Part shown: piece after piece, positions 32,358-42,345 of the stretch
Layout of the letters: every line of letters starts with the position of its first letter
Numbering within the stretch: position 1 is the stretch's first letter
Source: an uncultured Acidimicrobiia bacterium
GTDB lineage: Bacteria > Acidobacteriota > Terriglobia > Versatilivoradales > Versatilivoraceae
Assembly (NCBI GenBank): GCA_963786955.1
Contig: CAWBAT010000008.1
Span: 544,001 to 608,000, forward strand
Direction of reading: 5' to 3'
Length of the DNA stretch: 64,000 nt
Notes under the pieces: model-generated
The model's input: only the letters and a program-made list of their open reading frames with translations
What the model was told of the DNA's origin: nothing
The model's database searches: none
Program-made: the position numbers and the translations under genes

Positions 32358-32903
32358 GTGACATCAGAAAAGACGGCCGTCGGACACCTCAATGAAGACC
32401 AGTTGGTCGAGACTTATCGTCCAAGAGTTCTATACTTTGCATTGCGTCGATTGCGAGATCGTGGCTTAGCTGAGGACGTAGCCCAGGAAACTGTCGCGGT
32501 GGCCGTAATGGCGTTGCGGGAAAATCGGCTTCGCGAACCTGAGAAATTACCGGCCTTTGTGTTCGCGACGGCTAGACATCTGGTTCGCAATGCCCAGCGG
32601 GACCAGGCTCGCGAGTTGGCCCACACGACGGATTCAAACTCCATAGGCTCAGAAAGCTGGAAGCGAGACCCGGATGTGGCACTCATCCTGGAAGAGCAAA
32701 GAGTTCAGGTGCGTCAGGCTCTCGATCAGCTCAGCCCCGGTGATCGGGAACTACTGCGACAAATCTATGTCGAGGGTGAAACTTTGGAGGCGATTGCTGA
32801 AAATCTCGGCGTCGAAAACGCCGCCGTCCGCCAGCGCAAGTCCCGCGCGCTCGAGCGGCTTCGACAAATTTTCACGGGGCTGTCACAAAAAACGGATATA
32901 TGA
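32358..32903 (+). CDS. ECF sigma-70 factor
   Basis: Region 2 LAEDVAQET..AFVFATARH; region 4 ALDQLSPGDRELL..EAIAENLGV..VRQRKSRALERLR. Confidence 0.93.
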   Translation: MTSEKTAVGHLNEDQLVETYRPRVLYFALRRLRDRGLAEDVAQETVAVAVMALRENRLREPEKLPAFVFATARHLVRNAQRDQARELAHTTDSNSIGSESWKRDPDVALILEEQRVQVRQALDQLSPGDRELLRQIYVEGETLEAIAENLGVENAAVRQRKSRALERLRQIFTGLSQKTDI

Positions 32904-32910
32904 CACTTAA
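32881..32910 (+). promoter_or_regulatory. Putative ECF promoter in the sigma 3' end, driving anti-sigma and CHAT genes
   Basis: TGTCACA (32881-32887), 17 nt, ACTTAA (32905-32910). Confidence 0.7.
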
Positions 32911-32935
32911 GGGTAAAGGGTCAGAGGGCATTAAC

Positions 32936-33715
32936 GTGGATTGCCGTCAGATCGAAGAAAAGCAAATGATCGAACGCTACCTGGATGGGACACTTCCAGA
33001 GACAGAAGTCGAGGCTTTTGAAGAGCACTATTTTGGATGTCAGCACTGCTTTTCTGAGCTTCAGCTTCGACATGCCGCAGCCATAGAACTGGCAAGTCAG
33101 CCTGCGCCAAAGGCTTCGAGGCCTGTCTCCAGGACCAGAACTTTCTATTCTTGGGCATTGGCTGCGGCCGCTGTTCTGGTATTTGCGGTGACGAGTGTTT
33201 GGATTGCCAGACAGCGAAGTCCAGTTGATTCAACACCGTCCACTGCGGTTTTGCAGAATGCAGAACAAAAGCTCTTCGAAGAATTAACCAGGATTGAAGA
33301 GACCCCCTCCTACCTTCAAGCAACAATCCGAGGGGGCACCGAAGGACCGGCACAAGAGAAATTCCGGCAAGGAATGCAATTGTATCAGCAGGGAAAGTAC
33401 GCGGAAGCTGTTCCGTACCTCCGCTCCGCCGTGGAATCAGATCCGGAGCTTTTTCCAAGAAAATTTTACCTGGGAATTTGTTTATTAATGACTAACCAAA
33501 ATGACGAAGCCATCCAGGCTCTTCTGAGCCTGGTGAAGTCCACTTCCAACCCTTACCTCGAAGAATCCCATTGGTACTTGGCCAAAGCTTACTTTAGGAA
33601 GAAAGATATCAAGGCTGGCAAGGAGCATTTGGAGGCGGTGGCCGGTTTGAATGGCTCTCATGCCCCAGAGGCCCGCAATCTCTTGGACCGGCTGAGAGAA
33701 ACTGGAAACGAATAG
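32936..33715 (+). CDS. Zinc-finger (zf-HC2) anti-sigma factor with TM helix and extracytoplasmic TPR domain
   Basis: HYFGCQHC (HxxxCxxC), TM WALAAAAVLVFAVTSVWIA, TPR-like helices; GTG 32936 after GAGGG RBS preferred, ATG 32900 is the alternative. Confidence 0.88.
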   Translation: MDCRQIEEKQMIERYLDGTLPETEVEAFEEHYFGCQHCFSELQLRHAAAIELASQPAPKASRPVSRTRTFYSWALAAAAVLVFAVTSVWIARQRSPVDSTPSTAVLQNAEQKLFEELTRIEETPSYLQATIRGGTEGPAQEKFRQGMQLYQQGKYAEAVPYLRSAVESDPELFPRKFYLGICLLMTNQNDEAIQALLSLVKSTSNPYLEESHWYLAKAYFRKKDIKAGKEHLEAVAGLNGSHAPEARNLLDRLRETGNE

Positions 33716-33732
33716 GATTATCCTGCGGATTC

Positions 33733-33838
33733 AGGTGGAACGCGCGCTCCGCCGCGCGTTCACTGAGCGTCCGCGGGGGGACAGCGGTCCCACGCGCCTG
33801 CTCCACCCTACGACGCTCACACAACTTCGGAATCCGGG
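33733..33838. repeat. GTGGA-type REP doublet, related to 52140-52250
   Basis: AGGTGGAACGCGCG...GGGGGACAGCGGTCCCACGCGC..CCACC shared, plus CAACTTCGGAAT(C/T)CGGG end motif. Confidence 0.75.
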
Positions 33839-33860
33839 AATATAGCTTACAGCGCGGGTT

Positions 33861-36800
33861 ATGAGCCGGACATCCCCCCGTGAAGTCTTCTCAAGACTTC
33901 ACCCTGCGGCGCTTGCCCCCCTTCAAAGGGGGAATATGAAAGCCCAGCCACTTGGAGTGGCTCAAACTATGACCGCTTTAAGCGGCTCACAAGATCAGGC
34001 CTCCGGCTTTGCCGGAGGTCTTTTGACTCTTTTCCTGAAGCAACCCCTAAAGGGACGAATTATTGCGTTCCTGGCTATGGCGGCCTTCATTCTTTGTCTT
34101 GCACATGGCGAGATTAGTTACGCCCGCTCAATCAATTTCCCTTCTACCTGGCTCCTTTACGAAGATGCCACCTACACTGCCGTAGTTGAAGAGCTGCAGC
34201 AGAACAACCGCGAATCTCTAATCAGTTGTATTGCCCGTGATCCTTTGTTATCTCGGCAGGTGCTGATCAGTTTGTTGCGAGAACAGGACAAATACGAGTT
34301 GGCGCGGTCCTTTGCTGAGCTATTCCGCATCACGGACGATTCTGAGCTGGAAATTCCACTTGTCAAATTCTTTTCCAAGGCTGACCCCGAGACTCGGGAA
34401 AGGCTCTTACATTGGGCAGCAATTATCACTGATGCCGAATGGTTCCTGAGTAGTAACGACTACCCCGATCGCTTTAGCAGAGAGACAGAGAGTCAAGCTT
34501 TGCAGGATTTACAGGCGGCTACCCGCGAATTCCACGAGATGGGGTTTGTGGATGGCGAGGCATATTGTTTAAACGCCTGGTCTCGTTTTATCAGTGACGC
34601 AAAGCGAATGGAGGCCGAGCAGACTAATACAGTTGAGAAAGCGATGCGTCTGTTCCAGCAGACGGGCAATCTTCGTGGGGAAACCCAATGTCTGGTAAAT
34701 CTGGCCGGACTAAGCCTCAAGCATAATGATCCCAAGATAACAACTGAACTGATCGACCGCGCCCTGGAAAAGGCGGCAGCGGACAATAATCCTGTTTTGC
34801 AGGCTAGACTCTGGGGGTGGAAGCAGTACCAGGTTGAGGGGAAAGTGAGACGCGAGGCTATAGTGAGACTTCGCCTGGAAGTAAAGAGTGAGCCCGGTCT
34901 GCGGGATGTCTACTATGGGCTATTGCTCGCAGAACCGGTGAATCTGGAGGAATACCATGCGCTGTTGACCACAGAGAAAAAACCCGTTCAGGCCATTCGG
35001 GCGCACCTGAAACTCTCGGAATACCTTGAAAGATCCGATAAACTACAGCAATCCATTGACGAACTCGATCGCGCCATCGAATTGGCCCGAATGCTTCCTT
35101 ATGATATGGGAGCTTACGGAAGCTATCCGCATCCCGCTGTGGCTTGGATGTTCTACGAAAGAGCCCAGAAGAACCGAGATCTGGGGAAATTGAGAGAAGC
35201 CGAAAACGACTGTCACCAAGCCCTTCAATTGCTTGAGTCTGAAAAAGCCACCAGTCATTTTGTCCAAACACCCATGGTGTTTGTGTGGTATGAGCTCAGT
35301 TTTACCTACCGGGCCCTCGGAGAATACCCACTGGCCATTGACGCAGCCCAGCACTCCCTGGACCTTGCACTAAAGATGGAATCAACTCTCGGGATACAGT
35401 CGGCCCACCAAGCAATGGCGGAAGTATATTCCGAACTTGGAGATCTGACATCGGCTGAAGAACATCTACAGGAAGCCATCCGCCAGCCGCACGCATACTT
35501 TAACGCTTCGCCACTCCAAATGGCGGAACTCCATTTAAACTTTCAACTTTATGAGGTGGCTCTTCGCGATCTGGAATCAGTCGAGCCTGCCATGAGGGCT
35601 TATCTCGAGCTACGGCCTTGGCAGCAGACGCGCTGGTTTTGGCCCTCTAAGAAGTACAGGCTTTTAACGTATCTGTACCTTCGTCTCGGTGAGCCCGAAA
35701 GGGCCATGGAATTCGCCTCAAAGCTTGAAAAACAGGTTCATCCTGGACCTGAGGGGTTAGTTGGAATCGTCTTGGCTGAGATGAAGCGTTACACTGAAGC
35801 AGAAAATTATTTCCTGGATAGACTCAATTCGATCCAGGGGAAAGATGCGCTCGCCAAAGAAGTCGATGCTCACAAGAACCTGGGAAAAATCTATCGGGCA
35901 CAAAGAAAACCGGCCCCTGCTCTCGTGCATCTCGATAAGGCGCTTGAGCTCTATCAAAAATTGGGGGACCGCCGAGGCGAAATTGAAGTTCTTCTCGAGT
36001 TAGGTCGTGTTCAGCTTGAAAGCCGGGATCTCGCAATAGCAAAGGAACGTTTGAACCAGGCTCTTCAGAGGTCGGAAGATGCCCAAGACCAGCAGGGCAT
36101 CTGGTCGGCCCATTATGGCATGGCACATGTCGCTCGCGCAGAATCTCAACCAATGATAGCCGCGGATCACCTGAAGCTAGCCGTTGAGGCCGTGGAAAAG
36201 GTTTCCGGCCACCTGAATGTTGACCTCTACAAATCAGAGTTCCTGGAAAACAAAATCGTTATTTACGATGAGCTGATTCGCCTGCTCGGTCCCTCTCATC
36301 CGGCCGAAGCGTTTAATTATGCGGAAAGAAGACAGTCGCGTGCCTTCCTGGAGGCAGTCCAAAAGCGTGTTGTAGCATCGCAGTCCGGCGCCGACGAGTT
36401 GCATCGAAAAAAGGAAGAGGTCGAAGGACGTCTCATCGGAAAGCAGCGGGCGCTCGTGGCCCAGTTGTCCAAACCGGATAGCCAGCGGGATTACGCCCTG
36501 ATTGAATCTCTTCGGCGTGAACTCCGAGACGTCCGGGCTCAGCACACGCAGCTTCTCAAGACTGTGGAGCTCCGGAACCCCGCTGAGGCGGCACTCCAGG
36601 CCGAGGTCACTCCACGGAGTGCCCAACAAGTCCAAACGGAAATCCTCGGGCATAACCAGGCCTTGATCGAATATGTGGTGACAGATCAGGAAGTGCTGGC
36701 GTTTGTGCTTGACCGAAGTTCCTGCAAGTTTGTCCGCTCGCCGATTTCGCGAAAGACACTCAATGCCCAGGTTCGCCAGCTCCATCTTCCTTTCCAGCAG

Positions 36801-37838
36801 TTGCGCCAAGGGCGAACGGATCTGCTCCACCTCTCGTACGATGTAAGCCTGGCCCATGATCTTTACAAAACGCTCTTCCTGCCGTTAGAGTCGCTGCTTC
36901 TAGGGAAAACGGACATTATTGTTGTGCCGGACGAAGCTCTCAATTACCTCCCTTTTGAGAGCTTGGCGCGATCTAGGGTTACCGGCGAGAAAATCCCTGC
37001 CATACACTATGCTGAGTACCGGGAAGTGGACTGGCTCGTGCGACATTACACAGTTCGCTATGCCTTCTCGGCCACTTCATTGGACCCTAAACTTCGAGAG
37101 GCGTTGTCTCCACAAGGTGAGCTTGTTGCCTTCGGCATTTCAGGAGCAACTGGATCTGAGAATACCAGAATTGCCCGGGCTGTACTTCGCCGGGCATCCG
37201 AAGATGGAGCTGTGCTGCCCTCGTTACCTCCGCTACCCCTTGCCGCCAAGGAGTCGCGCCGCGTCGCCCAGATCATGGCAGGCAGGCTGGGCACTAGGGT
37301 CTTCACCGATGGACAGGCTACCGAAAGCGCTTTCTTCCGGGAAGCTCCCGCGGCAGGTTACCTTCACTTAGCCGTTCACTCGTTACTCAACAATGAACAG
37401 CCGTACTACTCAGCCCTGCTGCTCGCCCCCGAAGTAGCATCGGACGGGTTGTTGCAGACCTTCGAAATCGCCAGCACGCACTTGAACGCCCGGTTGGTCA
37501 CTTTGAGCGGATGCGAGACGGCTCTGGGCAAGATGGTCAGGGGCGAGGGGCTTCTCGGGCTGCGCCGCGCGTTTCTGCAGGCTGGGGCGCGATCCGTCTT
37601 GGTGAGTCTTTGGAGTGTCGAGGATTCCAGCGCTGATTTCATGGAAGAGTTTTACAAAAACTTGGGCAAAGATCTTTCCCTCGGGGGAGGCCCTCTGTTC
37701 AGCCAAGATTCAGTATATGGCAAGGACTCTCCCTGCAGGACAAAGGCAAGCAAATCTCGCTTAGCAATCCTTTTTTTGGGCGCCGTTTGTTTTGACCACA
37801 ACGGCGCTAGACAGTCGGTGAATAGAGGTATACGCTAA
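33861..37838 (+). CDS. TPR-repeat CHAT-domain (caspase-like) protease, probably exported
   Basis: Hydrophobic IIAFLAMAAFILCLAHG segment; many TPRs; AFNYAERRQSRAFL, IIVVPDEALNYLPFESL, catalytic HLAVHS and TLSGCET, GEGLLGLRRAFLQAGA, SLWSVED; true start likely downstream of 33861; C-terminus frameshifted. Confidence 0.92.
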   Translation: MSRTSPREVFSRLHPAALAPLQRGNMKAQPLGVAQTMTALSGSQDQASGFAGGLLTLFLKQPLKGRIIAFLAMAAFILCLAHGEISYARSINFPSTWLLYEDATYTAVVEELQQNNRESLISCIARDPLLSRQVLISLLREQDKYELARSFAELFRITDDSELEIPLVKFFSKADPETRERLLHWAAIITDAEWFLSSNDYPDRFSRETESQALQDLQAATREFHEMGFVDGEAYCLNAWSRFISDAKRMEAEQTNTVEKAMRLFQQTGNLRGETQCLVNLAGLSLKHNDPKITTELIDRALEKAAADNNPVLQARLWGWKQYQVEGKVRREAIVRLRLEVKSEPGLRDVYYGLLLAEPVNLEEYHALLTTEKKPVQAIRAHLKLSEYLERSDKLQQSIDELDRAIELARMLPYDMGAYGSYPHPAVAWMFYERAQKNRDLGKLREAENDCHQALQLLESEKATSHFVQTPMVFVWYELSFTYRALGEYPLAIDAAQHSLDLALKMESTLGIQSAHQAMAEVYSELGDLTSAEEHLQEAIRQPHAYFNASPLQMAELHLNFQLYEVALRDLESVEPAMRAYLELRPWQQTRWFWPSKKYRLLTYLYLRLGEPERAMEFASKLEKQVHPGPEGLVGIVLAEMKRYTEAENYFLDRLNSIQGKDALAKEVDAHKNLGKIYRAQRKPAPALVHLDKALELYQKLGDRRGEIEVLLELGRVQLESRDLAIAKERLNQALQRSEDAQDQQGIWSAHYGMAHVARAESQPMIAADHLKLAVEAVEKVSGHLNVDLYKSEFLENKIVIYDELIRLLGPSHPAEAFNYAERRQSRAFLEAVQKRVVASQSGADELHRKKEEVEGRLIGKQRALVAQLSKPDSQRDYALIESLRRELRDVRAQHTQLLKTVELRNPAEAALQAEVTPRSAQQVQTEILGHNQALIEYVVTDQEVLAFVLDRSSCKFVRSPISRKTLNAQVRQLHLPFQQLRQGRTDLLHLSYDVSLAHDLYKTLFLPLESLLLGKTDIIVVPDEALNYLPFESLARSRVTGEKIPAIHYAEYREVDWLVRHYTVRYAFSATSLDPKLREALSPQGELVAFGISGATGSENTRIARAVLRRASEDGAVLPSLPPLPLAAKESRRVAQIMAGRLGTRVFTDGQATESAFFREAPAAGYLHLAVHSLLNNEQPYYSALLLAPEVASDGLLQTFEIASTHLNARLVTLSGCETALGKMVRGEGLLGLRRAFLQAGARSVLVSLWSVEDSSADFMEEFYKNLGKDLSLGGGPLFSQDSVYGKDSPCRTKASKSRLAILFLGAVCFDHNGARQSVNRGIR
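33945..34028 (+). mobile_element. IS200/IS605-like right-end remnant
   Basis: Triple hairpin AGCCACTTGGAGTGGCT / CCGCTTTAAGCGG / CCTCCGGCTTTGCCGGAGG..GACT resembling IS200 tnpA downstream ends; no transposase present. Confidence 0.55.
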
Positions 37839-37910
37839 GATTCAAACTTCCGCGCATGCCAACTTAATATTGGAACACATGGTGAGTACTGAGTTGCGGG
37901 AGACGTTAAC

Positions 37911-38370
37911 GCCGGGTCGGTGACCTGACCTACAGCTTTGTAGGCCGCGTGACCCCACGCGGCACGTAGCCTAAGATACGTTACCGTAATTACGAATAGC
38001 ATTACTAATTGCGGGAGTCCGTGTTGTAGCCGGCCATCGGCCCATTGGCGGAAGACCGGATGGGGGCCGGTGTCAACGATCCCGGCTCTACAACGAACGC
38101 CTGCCGAGCGACCGTAGCGCAGACCTGAATTCTAGGTCTGCGGCTTTTAAGTGCGAGCAGGAAACAAGCTTTAGCGCAGACCCGGGCCATGGGTCTGCGG
38201 CTGTAAATCTTGAGGGGGACATTGTGCTACTTTCAAAGCCGCAGAGGCAGAAAGCACCTCTGCGCTACAACTACACTGCAAAATAAACTTTATGTCTTCG
38301 TGCCATAGGCTGGAGTAACGGACAAACCCGGGCTCGCTCCGACCGGGATTGCTGATCCCGGCTACAGCAG
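37911..38370. repeat. Dense REP cluster (at least three GTAG families)
   Basis: GGGTCGGTGACCTGACCTAC, GTAGCCGG..CCCGGCTCTAC, GTAGCGCAGACC..GGTCTGCG, CCGGGATTGCTGATCCCGGCTAC. Confidence 0.8.
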
Positions 38371-38398
38371 GTCCCAGCTATAGAAAAAGTGAAAATCT

Positions 38399-41300
38399 AT
38401 GCCGCGCTTAATTCTCGCCTGTACTTTCTTATTTACTCTCTTGGCATGTGCTTCTCGCCTGGGCGCTCAATCCACTTTTGGAAGCATCGTGGGCGAGGTC
38501 AAAGATGCTTCGGGCACGCGCGGTGGCCGCCGCTGCGATCAATGTCACAGAAATCGATGCGAATTCTGTTCGTTCTGTCACTTCGGACAAGGATGGACTT
38601 TTCCAGATCCTCAACCTCAAGGCAGGCCGCTACGAACTTACGGCTGCAAAGAGTGGATTTGCCACGACTAAGGCTGGCGAAGTGTTGCTCGAAGCGCGCC
38701 AGACCCTGCGCGTCAATCTGAAACTCGAAATTGCTCCGATCGCGCAAACTGTCGTTGTCAATAATATTTCCCCGAGCATTAACACCGAAACCGCGATTAT
38801 CTCGGATTCAATGAACTTTCAGCAGATCACCCAATTACCACTGAACTACCGCGGTCGCACGACCAGTCCCCTGATTGCAACCATGACTATTCCGGGCGTG
38901 CAACATGACGCTTCTGATCAGCCTTCTCTCGGTGGCGGCCTTCCCGTCCAGATTGAATACAGCATAGACGGGATTTCTACCCACGACTCTTTTTATAACA
39001 CGCCGATTCCCGATATGTTTCCCTCGACAGAAATGTTGAGCGAGTTCAAGGTAACATCGGTGAGTAACAATGCGGAGTTTGGCCAGATGGGCGATGTAAC
39101 CGTCATCACCCGCAGTGGCACCAACAAATTGCACGGCAGCGCCCTGTGGTATTTCCAAAACGCTGCGCTGGACGCCACTACTTACGGCTCGCCCGAAAAA
39201 CAGCACAAAGTGTTCAACACCTTTGGCGGCAGCCTCAGTGGACCGATCGAAATTCCACACCTTTACCACGGCCAAAATCACACTTTCTTCTTTGTTGACT
39301 ACGAGGGCAACCGCAAACCTGGTTCGTCCTCAGACCAGTTTTCGGTTCCCACTGCCGCCATGCGCGATGGGGATCTAAACGGCCTGCTGGGGTGGACAGG
39401 CTGTTGATCCCCTGACTGGTGCTCCGTTTCCTGGCAATGTGATTCCTTCTAACCGCATTAACTCGGTCGCCCGCAGCCTGCTAGACAACTACTACCCGCT
39501 CCCCAATTACAATTTTAATGGGACGACGAACAGCAATTACCGTACCCTGGTCCCTACTTCAATCTATACCAACGGCTATGACATTCGTATTGACCACCTG
39601 TTAAGCTCCCGCCAGCAGATCTTCGGCCGCTGGAGCTGGAAAGATATCTCGTGGCTTGGGGGTAATGGATTGTTGCCTCCTACTAACCAGGATATGCTCA
39701 ACCGGAACCTGATTCTTTCACACAATTATTTAATTCGCCCCAACCTGATCAACGAATTTCGCTTCGGTTTTAGTGTGTTTAATGGGAATAATCGATTTCC
39801 AATTCAGGGTACTGATGCCGTGGCCACACTGGGAATTCAAGGCCTTTATCTGAACAATGCGGGAACTAAGGGTGGATTCCCGTTCTTTGATTTTTCAGAT
39901 GGCACTGGCTTTTCCGGTATTGGAGCCCCTTCAGACGAAAACTTTCAATCACGAAGCTGGCAGTTCAACGATAACTTAAGCTGGATTCATGGCCGGCATA
40001 CATTGAAATTTGGAGGGGACTTCCGAAAGGTTGGGATACCAAGATATCATTGCTCGCTAGTGTATTCGGTATGTTTGGTTCGTTTGGTTTCAATCAGGGT
40101 TTTTTTAGCGGCAACGCATTTGCCGATTATCCTATTGGGGATACCCGGATCAGACACTCTACGGAATCATTGGCCCAGACAAGAATGAGCATCTCCAATC
40201 ATACCGATCTTTATGCTCAGGACCAATGGCTTGTCAACAGCCGCCTCACCTTGAGTTTCGGTTTGCGCTGGACGCTACAGCCGCCGATGACGGAGGTTTC
40301 TGGAAATCTCGGGAATTTTGACCCGACCGATGGCAATCTCATTGTTCCAGACCAGACGCTTCCAGCCGCGCCAAGTTTCCTCGCTTCAATCAACGCTTGT
40401 CCCGGGACAGATCCTACAATTCCTTGTACTCATGTTCTCACCGCCAGCCAGGTCGGCCTGGGACCCGGACTGCGGCACACCTATTATGGCGATTGGGCTC
40501 CCCGGATTGGCTTTGCCTGGCGGCCGTTCTCTGACGGTAAGACAGTCATACGCTCAGGCTTCGGTATATTTACGACGACGATCCAAGGTAAGACAGCGAG
40601 TGTATTGGTTGGGGTACCCACAACCGATCTGCGCACCTATAAAAATTTCCAAGGGGCCGGCGAGCCACCGCTTTATGTCTTGCCGCAAATCTCCGGAGGC
40701 CCATTAACGCTTCCAGCACCTGGCACAGGTGCATCTAACTGTTGCTACCGATTTTGACTTACAAGGACCCACGGAGCTATCAATGGAGTTTCACCATTGA
40801 GCATGAGTTACGTCCTGAGACGGTGGCGCGGGTCAGTTACATCGGGTCCCAGGCTAGTGGGCCTGGGTCTAGATCGTGGACCTCAATCAGCAGCCTGCCA
40901 GCACAATTAAAGTTTGACGCCAAGCGCAGGCCTTACTTAGCACTGGAACTGGTGTGTGGTTATTTAGCAAACCTCGGCTATTCAAGTTACAACGGCTTGC
41001 AAGCCGAGTTGACGCACCGATACAGTAGCGGCCTTTACTTCCAGGCCAGCTATGTCTTTTCCAAAAACATTGGCAACGCTGGCGGTTCCCTGGGTGGCAT
41101 TAGCTCAAATGTGGGTGTTCTTTTTCCAACAGAAGCGTATCTAGAGATTGATTACCGACCGGTTCAACACGCGTCTGGATCGTGGAGTATTGGCTGGATC
41201 CCGCGAACAACGGTTTCTTTTCACTGCCATCTACCAGTTACCTTTTGGGAAAGGACAAAAGTTCGCTAGCGGGATGAACTCAGTTGCTAATGGCGTCTTG

Positions 41301-41797
41301 GGTGGGTGGGAAATCAGCACGATTACGATGCTAGAGAGCGGGCCGTTCTTGACTCCGAGAATCGGCGCGGGGCTAAGATCAATCAAACACATTGGCGCAC
41401 GGAATCGCTATCCTATTATCCGGCCAGACCGGATTGGCAATGGCAACCTTCCTAACCCAACCCCCGATCAGTGGCTCGATATTACGGCCTTCACTCCGAC
41501 GCCTAAAGGCGCAGGCCGATTTGGAAATTCAGGTGTGAGGAGTTGTGAACGGGCCCTGGAACAATCGATATTGCACTCGGACTGTTTAAGAGCTTTTCCT
41601 CTTACCGAGAAGACTGCGCCTTCGGGTGGAAGGCACATTTACCAACTTACCCAACCACCCCAACTACGTCGCTCTATCCTGGGTAGCCAACTTCACGTCG
41701 ACCGTCCCAGCAGCTTTCGGCGTTGATCACTAACGTGCAGCGCCAGGAAAACTCGGGAAACCGCACAGGCCAAATCGGCCTCCGCCTGGATTGGTAA
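38399..41797 (+). CDS. TonB-dependent receptor (carboxypeptidase-regulatory-like N-domain plus Oar-type barrel), multiply frameshifted
   Basis: Signal plus QSTFGSIVGEVKDASG; LPLNYR; TRSGTNKLHGS; YAQDQW; APRIGFAWRP; ends RTGQIGLRLDW*; seven or more frame breaks. Confidence 0.88.
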
Positions 41798-42029
41798 CAG
41801 CGCGCGTAGCGCAGACCTGATTTCTAGGTCTGCGGCATTGAATATCGCAGGGTCGCATGCTGCCGCTTTTAAAGCCGCAGAGGCAGAAAGCGCCTCTGCG
41901 CTACCACCTATAAACGGGACCGTTGGTCCCGGAACTGAAAATTGGACATTTCCGTTGCCCTGAAAGGGCAAGAGAAAATAGCCCAGGGCAGCGTGGAGAG
42001 CGAAGCCCGGAGCGACCAGATAATCTCCA

Positions 42030-42091
42030 TGCAGAGTCCGGAAAATTCCGGGAACCGTACTGGTCAGATCGGCATCCGCCTTGATTGGTAA
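42030..42091 (+). pseudogene. Relic 3' end of a paralogous TonB-dependent receptor
   Basis: Encodes QSPENSGNRTGQIGIRLDW*, matching the end of the upstream receptor. Confidence 0.8.
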
Positions 42092-42268
42092 CAGCACGCG
42101 TAGCGCAGACGCGAAGTCCCCCTTCGAAGGGGGTGCCGCTTTGCGGCGGGGGATGTAAAGGGTAAGTGGCATTGGATATTGCAGGTCGCATGCTGCCGCT
42201 TTTAAAGCCGCAGAGGCCGAATGCGCCTCTGCGCTACGACCTATAAACGGGACCGTTGGTCCCGGAAA
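42091..42268. repeat. REP doublet copy
   Basis: Near-identical to 30306-30460; its tail is shared with 41860-41934. Confidence 0.85.
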
Positions 42269-42345
42269 TTAGGGCATTGCTCTAGCCGGCCTTCCTCCAG
42301 CCGGCGGATGACCGGCCCCGGAGGACAGGCCTCCCGGCCTGTTAT

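Noticed and set aside
37680-37838. Novel CHAT C-terminal extension
   Set aside because: The canonical EAL..AK..NPFF(W)APFVL ending is present in other frames across G and T runs
37838-37867. Fourth ECF promoter upstream of the TonB receptor
   Set aside because: ACTTAA at 37862 has no TGTCACA 17 nt upstream; other TGTCAC hits (29458, 46533, 55184) lack the -10 box
30255-38370. CRISPR array or type III-E locus linked to the TPR-CHAT and sigma genes
   Set aside because: The repeats are irregular palindromes without constant repeat-spacer periodicity, and there are no cas genes
38399-41797. Phase variation or decay of the TonB-dependent receptor
   Set aside because: Breaks are scattered 1-bp indels with coding motifs otherwise intact; consistent with low-coverage long-read error and cannot be resolved without reads
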